Shown here piece after piece: positions 25,866 through 36,655 of a stretch of 64,000 bases of DNA. Both the position numbers and the translations under genes were made by a program. The stretch is from contig NW_027558254.1 of the NCBI RefSeq assembly GCF_052425735.1, positions 124,001 through 188,000 of the forward strand. Reading direction: 5' to 3'. Numbering within the stretch: position 1 is the first letter of the stretch; each line of letters opens with the position of its first letter. The stretch comes from Oculina patagonica. Taxonomy: Eukaryota. The notes under the pieces are model-generated. The model was not told the DNA's origin and did not search any database. It worked only from the letters and a program-made list of their open reading frames with translations.

Positions 25866-26720
25866 ATTCTAAAAGTAATTTTTTGCTTTTAATCTGGCCT
25901 TCTTACATAATCCTGAACAGAAGAAACTTTAAATAAAATTCCCCGCGAGTCTTTGGCAAAAAAAGTAGAAGATCTGGTAAAACATGAATTTCTGAATTAA
26001 ACATTAAAAAGGCGCGCATGCACGACCAAAATTTGTTCAAAATATTTTGGAAGTTTACTAATATTTCAAGGAAACTCTTTGGGTTATATCCATGTAGCTA
26101 GGGGTATACCATCGATCGGTAAATTTAACGGTTTGTTTTTGAAGACAATGCAATATTCTAAAAGTAATATTTTGATTTTGATTTTAATGTGGCCTTTTTA
26201 CATAATCTTGAACAGAAGAAACTTTTAATAAAATTCCCCACGAGTCTTTGGCAAAAAAAGTAGAAGATCTGGTAAAACATGAATTTCTGAATTAAACATT
26301 AAAAAGGCGCGCATGCACGACCAAAATTTGTTCAAAATATTTTGGAAGTTTACTAATATTTCACGGAAACTCTTTGGGTTATATCCATGTAGCTAGAGGT
26401 ATACCATCGATCGGTAAATTTAACGGATTGTTTTTGAAGACAATGCAATATTCTAAAAGTAGTATTTTGATTTTGATTTTAATGTGGCCTTTTTACATAA
26501 TCTTGAACATACGAGACTTTAAATAAAATTCCCCACGAGTCTTTGGTTAGGAAATTAGAAGATCTAGTAAAACATGAATTTCTGAATTAAACATTGAAAA
26601 AGGCGCGCATGCACGACCAAAATTTGTTCAAAATATTTAGGATGTTTTCTAATATTTCAAGGAAACACTTTGGGTTATATCCATGTATCTAGAAGTGTAC
26701 CATCGATCAGTAAATTTATT
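25866..26720. repeat. Tandem repeat, ~3 copies of ~290 bp
   Basis: Unit start ATTCTAAAAGTA at 25866, 26155 and 26450; each copy contains AAGGCGCGCATGCACGACCAAAATTTG. Confidence 0.9.
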
Positions 26721-27333
26721 AATTTTTATAGCTATTTTAATTGTACCGAAATTTAGATCGTGCAGTTGTTAATTCCTGGCCAACACGGAAATAAAATAAA
26801 ATGAAATTTTTTAATACACATTTGTAAGATCACTAAAAGGTTTACTTTATAAGCAGTCTTTAAATCGACTTTTTTATCATAATAATAATAAAAAAAATAT
26901 TACGCCCCAAATTTTACTTGGTAAGGTTAATGACCAATGCAATTTGTTCCATTAATTCTGAATCAAACAAGTGTGTATTACCACACAAGCGTAACCCCAT
27001 TGTTCGGTGTATGGTAAGAAGTTTCTGCGCCGGATTTTCTTTCTCAGTTAATAAGGCTAATTTGCACGCTACGATTTGTCGGCCAGGATAAATCGGGGCG
27101 AAAAAAAGAAAGAAATTAGCGAGCGAAGCGAGCCGAGCGTTGCCTTTGGGAACCTGTTCACAGACTAGCTCGTTTAAATGTAACCTGGGTCTGCCTTCGT
27201 ACCTGGCGCTTTTGTCGTTATCCCTCGTTGGTTGGGGTTAACGCGTACACGAGCAATGGCGCTGTCTTCTCCTTAGGCGCCTTCCGGCATCGCGCGACAC
27301 TTATCCGACAAGTCGGCCGATTTTTAAAAATCT

Positions 27334-27446
27334 TAGCCTGCGAGCAGGCTCTCTATTCGGGGGCAACGTGCACGAGATCGCGCCTTCGGCGCTCGAAGAG
27401 TTCAATATTCACGTTGCCCCCGAATAGAGAGCCTGCTCGCAGGCTA
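27334..27446. mobile_element. 113-bp hairpin MITE with 9-bp TSD
   Basis: Perfect ~37-bp TIR TAGCCTGCGAGCAGGCTCTCTATTCGGGGGCAACGTG; TSD TAAAAATCT at 27325-27333 and 27447-27455. The paralogous segment near 37483 carries the empty site. Confidence 0.92.
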
Positions 27447-29270
27447 TAAAAATCTGTGACCACTTCATTAATTTTCGCGTGTCGGGCCTCATATGATAAA
27501 CAAAAACGCCATCTGCAACCCACCATTTTAGTTTTCGAAACGTTTTATAAAAAAGGCTTTGACTAACACAACACATGATATTGTGAAAACATATGCAGTG
27601 TTTGCACTGCACATTAACCGATCTACCGTAGTCGACAAACAGGAGCGTGTAAATTAGCCTTTTTTTAGCGCACGCATTGCAAGTAAATGTTTTATAAGCA
27701 AAACGTTTTTAACAAAACGTGAGGAATAAATGGTCGGTAAAATAGATTAGTAAGTTTGTTTTCAGTTGCAGTACTTTTGGAGGTATAATTTGTTTGCGTC
27801 AATACTCTTGCAGGTTGCGTTTTCGTTCATAATATTAGTCCATTAAATCTTAGCGTGTAAATTATCTTTAACGAGTATTAAAGTTGACCGATACAAATTT
27901 TAGCGATAATTAATTTAACGATTTTCGTCTAACTCGCTAAAATCGCTAAAATTAGCAGCCGCTAACAATAGTAACCTTAAGATATCTTCAAAAACAAACC
28001 GTTGAAAATGACACATTTGCTCCATGCCGCCACGAAATTGACAAATCCTTCAATCCTAAAACTTTAATCAGATTTTATTTGAGAAATTGAGAATATTCGT
28101 TTAGCTGCAACTGAGCCCTACGTATAAAGATATCCTGCGAGGAATCTCAGGCTGTCCGTTCGTGTGATTCTGAAAGATTGTTAACCAATATTTCGTCTCA
28201 TCATTGTGATTACACTTCAGCTTAGCCGGTAAGGTTTAGACATTTTGAATTTGGTCTTTTTCATATTGAAAATGCGAAAAAAAGTTGAATTGATTTTTAA
28301 TGCGGTAAAAATAGATAATTTGCGCGTTCAAACTGCCTTGAAAAATTTAAATCTTTTTGGTCGATAGCGGCATGGTCTTGTCTTGTAAGAGGGGTCCGTG
28401 ATGTGAAACTTCCTTTAAAACCCAACGCAAATTTAAGCGTAATATGTTCCATAAAATTGATATAAAGATGGGTTTTTAAAAAAACGTCAAACAAATCGTC
28501 TAAATCTTTATGTTCATCAGGTATTGAAGCTCGACCGCATCACCGAAGAATTTTGCAGTGGAGCGAAGTAAACGTTTTTGGAAAGCCTCTTTGTCGTTAG
28601 CGCTCACATATGTAAAAGGTAAGTTGCTAAAGTTGTCCAATGAACGTACGAACGAACCAGTGTAGAATTCAGATGCGCAATAAGAAGACATAAGAAGCCT
28701 TGGAGCACAGAAAGCCTATATTCATCTGTGCGACATGATATAAGCGAGTCTCGTAACTTAATTCTCTACCGAGGAAGGATGTGAGCTAAGCGAAGATAAC
28801 AGATTATCTTGATGTGACTCAAGTCCAAAACTGAAAAAAAGCATAGCAACAAAAAAAAAAAATGAAATATGAATATTCTTGCAAAGCCTCTCAATGTTGT
28901 CGATAAATAAACAAAATAATAAATAATAAATCACTTTATATAAGCGTCGATTTATTTAGCACTGCTGTGCTAATTGAGGACACTGTAAATAAAAAAATAA
29001 ACAAATAAATAATGAAAATCAAACATGAACTTGTTAGAAGCCCCAACTGGCAGAAGGCTGACCAGCTAGTTATTTACACATAGTGGAGAAGTTGAATTCG
29101 GGATGACCAAACACAATTCCAATCTAGTAGCAGGGAGGGATGTGGTATTAATCTATCACTAGAAGAAAGCATGAAAGAAAATGTATTGAATCAGTGAGAA
29201 GACTCCAAATTCTAAGCCTGAGCCCTATTGTGTTTGTGTAAAACAAAACTTATTCATCTCTTTTCACAGC

Positions 29271-30251
29271 GTGAACATGAAGCTGAACTTGACTACAAAT
29301 GGCACGCAGATTGCTTTAGAAGACCTGGAAATGGAGCAAGCGAAGCGACCGTGTTTTTTCACAGGAATCTCACAAACTTTCCAGCTTCAATTCTTTTATT
29401 ACTCCAGCGTTTTTCTCGTTCCGGTCACCTCTTTGTTAGGTCTGTGGTGTTTCCTGTCAAACGGGTTAGTCCTGATTGCCATTCTCAGGGGTGGCCTTCG
29501 AATCAGGCCAGGGTTTCTGTTGCTGTGTAGTTTGACTCTGACTGATGTCGTGTTGGGAGGGCTGGTGACGCCCATGTATGTTAGACACAGTGTCGAGGAG
29601 TTGCTTTCTGGTAAGGCGTGTACCATTCCTAGCGATTGGGACTCGTCTCTTATGCCTTCATTTTTCTTTTTATGTTTGTTTTCTACGCTGGGTAATCTTG
29701 GAGTGATAAGCGTGGATCGCTACTTAGCAGTCGCTAAACCAATGTGGTACAAAACGACCGTCAAGATGCAGCATGCTATTTTTGCTTGCAGCGGAGTGTG
29801 GCTGTCATCAGTTTCAATGGTGATATTACGGCATGTTAAGGTGCCTCCTCCCAAAGCGCTCGAGATCTTTCAAGCGTGGTTCATAATCCTCTTCTCTTGT
29901 CTGGTTGTAGCTGTCCAGATATTAACTCTTGTGACCCTTCGTAAGCATAACAATGCAGTCGCACAGGTAATGGAGGAAAGCGCTCGGGTAAATCCTGCTA
30001 CCGCTAATAACGCAATTGAGCGCCAGCTAGCAGCGACTACTCGCCATGTTGTCTGTTTACTTGTTTTGTTGATAATTCCCCTGACGTTTCTAATCGGTTT
30101 ATCGCAGATCCTTGGTACAAAAATCAATTTATTTGTAAGGCCCTTATTCTATCCTACCACCACTCTTTGCTCTGGTATAAACCCTGTGTTGTATTACAGA
30201 GGAAATGCCCAGATTAGGGACGGAATCACTAAACTTGTGAAATGGCAGTGA
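29271..30251 (+). CDS. Class A GPCR, copy 2 (inverted), 326 aa
   Basis: Close paralogue of copy 1 with DRY and NPVLY. Acceptor TTTTCACAG sits just before the ATG; 5'UTR donor CCG|GTAAGG near 28228. Confidence 0.93.
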   Translation: MNMKLNLTTNGTQIALEDLEMEQAKRPCFFTGISQTFQLQFFYYSSVFLVPVTSLLGLWCFLSNGLVLIAILRGGLRIRPGFLLLCSLTLTDVVLGGLVTPMYVRHSVEELLSGKACTIPSDWDSSLMPSFFFLCLFSTLGNLGVISVDRYLAVAKPMWYKTTVKMQHAIFACSGVWLSSVSMVILRHVKVPPPKALEIFQAWFIILFSCLVVAVQILTLVTLRKHNNAVAQVMEESARVNPATANNAIERQLAATTRHVVCLLVLLIIPLTFLIGLSQILGTKINLFVRPLFYPTTTLCSGINPVLYYRGNAQIRDGITKLVKWQ

Positions 30252-31399
30252 ATGCGAGATGTCGAGTGATGGCAGTTACCCCTGTTTAAGTGCTCGTTCA
30301 AGTAGGTACTTCATGACAGCTGACTGTTCAACGTTGCGTCCGCTCAGTGAACTCGAACCTGTTGAAGAATAGGATGTTTTTCAGCTTTCCATTTGCTTAC
30401 TTTGAAACTTAATTCATAACTGAAAAAGCCTGCGTTGCAGACAAACAAAACCCCGCTATACCGGGTTGAACTGCAAAGTGAGTTTTATTACTTAACGCGG
30501 GGGTAAATGTGCATTTGAGTGAAACGAGAAAGAAAATTGTTTTTGAAACACCACCAGACAGTTGACCCCCACGCAAGAGCACTCCAGGTTGTCAGGGACT
30601 GTCTGGTGTCCGTCTACAAGGCAATTTTGAACTTTAAATTCTAATTTTAAAATCACATAAAATCTCCAATATTTCTTATTTCTCTAAATTTTACCAATTC
30701 TTTGAGAAAAATTGTCTCATCCCAAAATCAACAACAATATTGTAAAATCAGTATATAAAATTAACTAAAAGGAATAATGCTAACATTTTCAAATAAACTC
30801 TTCCCCTGAAGTGTAAAGTTTGTATTAGACGCCCCTCTCTAATAAACGCCCCGTATCTTATAAACGCCCCTCCCTCTCTCCTCCGCAGAGGCTCCTTTAG
30901 TGGGGGAAGGCGAAAAACACGGGGGGAGGAAGGCGAAAACACGAAAAATTAAAATAGGGAGAGCGCGGGGGACGACGGGCTTACCCCGCGCGCTTTCGTT
31001 TCGATTCTCTCCAGGCTCCGCGCGCTTACTTTACACCTCTCCCCGTTCCTCTCCCCATTTACCATCCCGTACGAAACACGAAAGAGGCCCCCTCCAAAAA
31101 TCACCTAAAAAAAAACAGGGAAATGCTCCATGGAGTAAAATCACGCAATTTATTTATTTTCTTGCTTGACGCGGACATCGAAGAGGCTAAGAAAACGACT
31201 AAAAAAATGATTAAGAAAACGTCGATATCCAAATATGAACGGCATTTCTAGGCTTTGCATTAGAGCAGATTAGATTAGTTTCCTACTTACCAACTCTTTT
31301 TGTATCTTACTCCGCTAGCAAACTACGCATCCTATTTGTTTTATTGACGTTTTTAGAGTAAAAGTGAAATAAACGCCTCTCTCTTATAAACGCCTCATA

Positions 31400-31745
31400 T
31401 CTATTTAACCCCGAATGGCATAACTTCCTTCAACGTTGATGATGTCTTAAATAAACATAGGAACAGTCTTTCCGAATCTGTTACCACGGTTCCCAAGAAA
31501 GATGTAATCCTTGTGTTACCTTATCTAGGTTTCCAAACCGAAGCTTCTAAGCGCCGTCGTTAATCTTGTGTTAATAAATTTTATGGTTTTGTGAACCTTT
31601 GGTTGATTTTTCAGAACACTTGCCGGATTAAGTCCTTTTTCCTTGGCAAAGATCGTTTCAATCGCCCACAAAAATCGAAGGTTGGCTACAAAGCCAGTTG
31701 CTGGGACTGTGACGCTTTCTGGCAAAACAAAACGACGACTGCATG
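31400..31745 (+). pseudogene. Decayed Penelope-like element fragment (RT C-terminus / GIY-YIG start)
   Basis: VTTVPKKDVILVLPYLG...*SCVNKFY...IKSFF...KDR...KSKVGYKASCWDC...GKTKRRLH, with an internal stop and a frameshift. Confidence 0.75.
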
Positions 31746-32142
31746 CTTTCTTTTTCCTTTTCTTTTCTTTCCTCTCCCCCGTTTTCCTTCTCTTTTCATT
31801 TTCTTTCTTTTCCTTCCTTTCACTTGCCTTGCTTTTCGTTTCGTTTCCTTTTCTTTCCTTCTTTTCCCCTCCAGGGTAACACCATTCTCGTTTCATTCTC
31901 GTTCCAGCCCTTTTCGGTTCTCTTAGCCGGCGGAGCCTTGGCTCGAGAAATGATGGGCTCCGGGGACATTTAGTCCTAGATTCTTTCCAGTCCTAAATTC
32001 TAGGATATCGACGTTTTTCTTAGTCATCTGGGTCACCCATGGTGGCGTTTTTGGCCTCTTCGATGTCTGCGTCAAGCAGAAAAATAAATAAATTGCGTGA
32101 TTTTACTCCATGGAGCATTTTCCTGGTTTTTGTGGTGAATTT

Positions 32143-32254
32143 TAGCCTGCTCGGTAATAAATAATGAAGATGAGTAGGTTTTGTAGCGCGCGTATGGGAG
32201 AAACGCGAAAGGCGCGCGCGCTGAAAACTACACAGACGCCTGCTACGCAGGCTA
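32143..32254. mobile_element. Short MITE (TAGCCTG...CAGGCTA) with 9-bp TSD
   Basis: TSD GGTGAATTT at 32134-32142 and 32255-32263. The element is absent from the inverted paralogous segment near 31100. Confidence 0.8.
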
Positions 32255-32864
32255 GGTGAATTTTGGAGGGGGCGTCTATAGGATACGAGGCGTTTATTAC
32301 AGGGGGGCGTCTAATACACTGTACAAACTTTACACTTCAGGGGAGGCGTTTATTAGATCATTTAAGGCATGTAAGACACAACCTAATAATTATTTAACCT
32401 GACATTAACCAACTTCACAGTCAATGAGGACTTTAAATAGTGTGTTATAATAAAATCGTAACTTTTTGTCTTCTTGCTAATTCGTATACTGTTCGTCGTT
32501 CTGTTAGATTTTATGCATACGAGGCTGCACGTGTGAGTTTTTTTGTATGCCAATATTTTGAAGAAAGTTAGAAACTACAATACATAAATGAAGTGATATG
32601 GAAGACATGTTTTGTTAATAAGATGAATTACTCCTTTTAGTTTATTTTATATATTAATTTTACAATATTCAAAACTCACTTTGCAGTTATGAATTAAGTT
32701 TCAAAGTATGCAAAAAGAAAGCTGAAAAAACATCCTACCTTATTATAGGAAATTAAAGAGACACTATATATATATATATGTTTATAGTGGTCATGCACTT
32801 AGCTTCACATCTCAACGAGATAGCTAGTTTACAGGCATGCCACTGAAACAGAGGAAACTAATAA

Positions 32865-33195
32865 TTTATAAATGAACATAACAAGGTTAAAGATCCCAAC
32901 TGGCAGGAGGCAGACCAGTTGGCTATGTTGTGGTTCAATTTTTTCCTTGGTTCAAATTTTATTTTCCTTTGTTTTTAACTCATTATCACACATTACCATA
33001 CCCAAAAACAAAGGAAAATAAAATTTGAACCAAGGATAAAATTGAACCACAACAGCTATATACAAAGCGTGGTCGAGGATTTGAACTCGGGACAACCGAG
33101 AAACAAGTCCAGCTAGTGGCAGGGGCAGGTCTTGAACCGGGGATCTCCGGATTACAACACCAGCGCCCTAAGCCACTCGGCCACGCTTGCCTCCT
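32865..33195 (-). mobile_element. tRNA-derived SINE interrupted by a nested MITE
   Basis: Minus strand begins GGAGGCAAGCGTGGCCGAGTGG...GGTTCAAGACC (A/B boxes). 3' part CAACTGGTCTGCCTCCTGCCAGTTGGGAT is also seen at ~24900-24970 and ~29025-29105. Confidence 0.8.
32926..33054. mobile_element. Hairpin MITE with 4-bp TSD nested in the SINE
   Basis: Long TIRs TGTTGTGGTTCAATTTT...CCTTGGTTCAAATTTTATTTTCCTTTG and its reverse complement; TSD GCTA. A second family member lies at 36869-37010. Confidence 0.85.
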
Positions 33196-33245
33196 TGTAT
33201 TACACTGTCACGGGGATTTTAATGCTTTTCGGCAAAACGTACTAA

Positions 33246-33417
33246 AATAGGCCAATTCCGATATATTAATATTCTAACGTGGCTGCGAGGCTAGGGGAGT
33301 AAAACAAAACAAAAGAAATGATTTATTCATTCCTGAACCTCGACGTGATATCTTTTGTTTTATTCCCCCAAACCTCGGAGCCAAGTTAGAATTTTAATAT
33401 ATCGGAAATGGCCTATT
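33246..33417. mobile_element. MITE
   Basis: TIRs AATAGGCCAATTCCGATATATTAA / TTAATATATCGGAAATGGCCTATT. A related internal fragment lies at ~9235-9310. Confidence 0.75.
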
Positions 33418-34305
33418 GGCCAATAGGTCTTCTCGTAATGAAATGCACCTAGTACATCAACATGGAGATAATAAAGTAAATTGTTGTTGTTAATTTTTAG
33501 GTGTTCTTCCACTCCAAAAGGACAAAACTTGAAAAAATCAGCCTGACTTTTTCAAATTGAGATCCAATACCTGAAGACATCACAAAATACTCACTCGTTT
33601 ATCGCTTAAGTGCACTCACATGGTGATTTTTAACAAAACTGGATCACTATTCTTAGTTTCCATATGTCTTTAGGCTCTTGATTTATGAAGTGAAACTGGT
33701 GACAGTGTCTCTTTAACGTATGTGTTAGTTAAGGCATTTGAAATTAATGCGACTTTAACTGGAATTTGAAGGAAAAATTACTTTCCAACTAAATCAAGAA
33801 AATCAACGCGAAAGAGAGGGTAAAATTTTAAAGTGAAGGAAAGTAACACGACGTATACAAAGAAAACGCTTGTTACGACAACAGGAACTGATAAGTTTAT
33901 TTCATCACTAAGCGAATTATCCTAAACTTAGGGGTTAGAGAAGAAATCTAACCACCTCGAGCGTTCATCACAGTTTCAGTGATACCAATACTTCCACCCT
34001 GATGAAATAATGCCCTTTCCTAGGAGACAAGAACGTCTTGACTGTATTGAGAAATTGGGGCCGAAATAATGGAAATTAGTAAACACATGTGTAAACGCTA
34101 CACGTCACGTAGTTAACGGCGCGAAAATAAAACGTTAGCAAAAATTAACCCGACTTTAGCAATTTCCTTTAATAAGGTAGTCTTTAATAGGTTCGATTTC
34201 AGCGTAACTCAGGGACACAAAGTTTAGTCATGATCAGCTGCCATGTAGTATCTACTTGAACGAGAACTAAAATAAGGATAACTGCCATCACTCGACATCT
34301 CGCAT

Positions 34306-35286
34306 TTACTGCCATTTGACAAGTTCAGTGATTCCATCTTTAATCTGGACATTTCCTCTGTAATACAACACGGGGTTTATACCAGAGCAAAGAGTGGTGG
34401 TAGGATAGAATAAGGGCCTTACAAATGAATAGATTTTCACCCTTAGAATCTGTGATAAACCCACCAGAAACGCCGTGGGAATTATCAACAAAACCAGTAA
34501 ACAGACAACATGGCGAGTTGTCGCTGCTAGCTGGCGCTCGATTGCATTATTAGCGGTAACAGGATTTACCCGAGCGGTTTCCTCCATTACCTGTGCGACT
34601 GCATTGTTATGCTTACGAAGGGTCACAAGAGTTAATATCTGAACACCTACAACCAGACAAGAGAAGAGGATAACGAAACACGTTCGAAAGATCTCGCTCG
34701 CTTTGTGAGGAAACACTTCCACTTGCCATGAAATCACCATTGAAATTGATGCCAGCCACACTCCGCTGCAAGCAAAAATAGCATGCTGTATCGTGACGGT
34801 CGTTTTGTACCACATTGGTTTAGCGACTGCTAAGTAGCGATCCACGCTTATCACTCCAAGATTACCCAGCGTAGAATAAAAGCATAAAAAGAAAAATGTA
34901 GCCATAAGAGGCGAATCCAAATCGCCAGGATTGGTGCACGCCTTGCCAGAAAGCAACTCCTTGACCCTGAATCTAACATACACGGGGGTAACCAGCCCTC
35001 CCCACACGACATCAGTCAGAGTCAAACTACACAGCAACAGAAACCCTGGCCTGATTCGAAGGCCACCCCTGAGAATGGCAATCAGGACTAACCCGTTTGA
35101 CAGGAAACACCACAGACCTAACAAAGTGGTGACCGGTACGAGAAAAAAGTTGGAGTAATAAAAGAAGTGAAGCTGGAAAGTTTGTGAGATTCCTGAGGAA
35201 AAACACGGTCGCTTTGCCTGCTCCATTGCCAGGCCTGGAAAAGCAATCTGCGTGTCATTTGTAGTCAAATTCGGCCTCATGTTCAC
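34306..35286 (-). CDS. Class A GPCR, copy 3, 326 aa
   Basis: Close paralogue of copies 1 and 2 with DRY and NPVLY. Same UTR acceptor; donor ACG|GTAAGG near 35883. Confidence 0.93.
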   Translation of the reverse strand: MNMRPNLTTNDTQIAFPGLAMEQAKRPCFSSGISQTFQLHFFYYSNFFLVPVTTLLGLWCFLSNGLVLIAILRGGLRIRPGFLLLCSLTLTDVVWGGLVTPVYVRFRVKELLSGKACTNPGDLDSPLMATFFFLCFYSTLGNLGVISVDRYLAVAKPMWYKTTVTIQHAIFACSGVWLASISMVISWQVEVFPHKASEIFRTCFVILFSCLVVGVQILTLVTLRKHNNAVAQVMEETARVNPVTANNAIERQLAATTRHVVCLLVLLIIPTAFLVGLSQILRVKIYSFVRPLFYPTTTLCSGINPVLYYRGNVQIKDGITELVKWQ

Positions 35287-36106
35287 GCTGTGAAAAGAGA
35301 TGAAAAAGTTTTGTTACAGAAACACAGTAGGCAGAGGCGGCGGAGCGTTTTGGAACGTAGGGGGAGGGGGGAGGGGCTGTCCTAAAAATACTCGGCAGGT
35401 GCAACGTTTTTCCGTTCTAGCAACGTTTTGTTTTCCGAACAGTTTCTAGACCGAGATGAGATTTGCAAAGATTCACAAATTGTTTTTTGAAGGTCATACG
35501 AACGTTTCCTATCATTTTCGAACTATTCCGATGTTAAAGGAAGTTTCCCGAAGACTTCCAAGGAAGTTTCAAAGATGTTTGAACCCACTCACGAGACGGA
35601 ATATCTTGACAAACCAATTTTACGCTGCGCTCGCGATATTTTCGGCACTAATTATAAAACTAATATCGTTTACCGTAGTTACTATCTTATTTTATCATAG
35701 TATCGTGTTAAATTGACATTTTCGTGATGTTTGGCGTTCGGATAATGTAAAAATACTAAGCATTTATCGACCGTTCACAAACGTGGAATCACACCACTGT
35801 GCTCACCCCTAAATACCTCATTACAGGAAAATTACGCATTTTCAATATGAAAGAGACAAAAGTCGAAATGTCTAAACCTTACCGTCTAAGCTAAGATTCG
35901 GTTTACAATCTACCACAATCACACCAACGAACTCCTCGAGGTCCTCGCCGGATATCTTCACGCGTAAGGCTCAGTTGCAGCTAAACGAATATTTCTCAAT
36001 TTCTCAAATAAAACCTGATTTGTTTCAACGATTTGTCAATTTCGTGGCGGCGTGGAGCAAATGTGTCATGTTCATTTCAACGGTTTGTTTTTGACGATAA
36101 TGCAAT

Positions 36107-36655
36107 ATTCTGAAAGTAATTTTGTCTTTTCATCTGACCGTTTTACATAATCCTGAACAGAACAAACTTAAAATAACATTTCCCGCGAGTCTTTTGCAAA
36201 GAAAGTGGAAGATCTAGTAAAACATTAATTTCTGAATTTAAAAACATTAGAAAAAAAGGCGCGCATGCACCGAAATTTGTTTAAAATATTTAGAAAGTTT
36301 CCTAACATGCATTTGAAGGAAACACTTTAGGTTATATCCATGTAGCTAGGAGTATACCAACGATCGGTAAATTTAACGGTTTGCATTTGAAGATAATGCA
36401 ATATTCTAAAAGTAACTTTTTCTTTTAATCTGGCCTTTTTACATAATCCTGAACAGAAGAAACTTAAAATGAAATTCCCCACGAGTCTCTGGCAAAAAAA
36501 AGGTAAAACAATAATTTCTAAATTTAACATTAGAAAAAAGGCGCGCATGCACGACCAAAATTTGTTCAAAATATTTAGGACGTTTTCTAACATTTAAAGG
36601 AAACTATTTGGGTAATATCTATGTAGCTAGCAGTATACCATCGATCAGTAAATTT
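36107..36655. repeat. Two copies of the ~290-bp tandem unit also at 25866-26720
   Basis: Units start at ~36107 and ~36403 and share the GGCGCGCATGCAC core. Confidence 0.85.

Noticed and set aside
31525-31973. Lys/Glu-rich and Phe/Ser-rich ORFs
   Set aside because: Translation of the polypyrimidine tract plus a decayed Penelope fragment.
23840-35158. Recurring antisense ORFs inside the GPCR genes
   Set aside because: They recur only because the GPCR coding sequences are duplicated; no independent coding signal.
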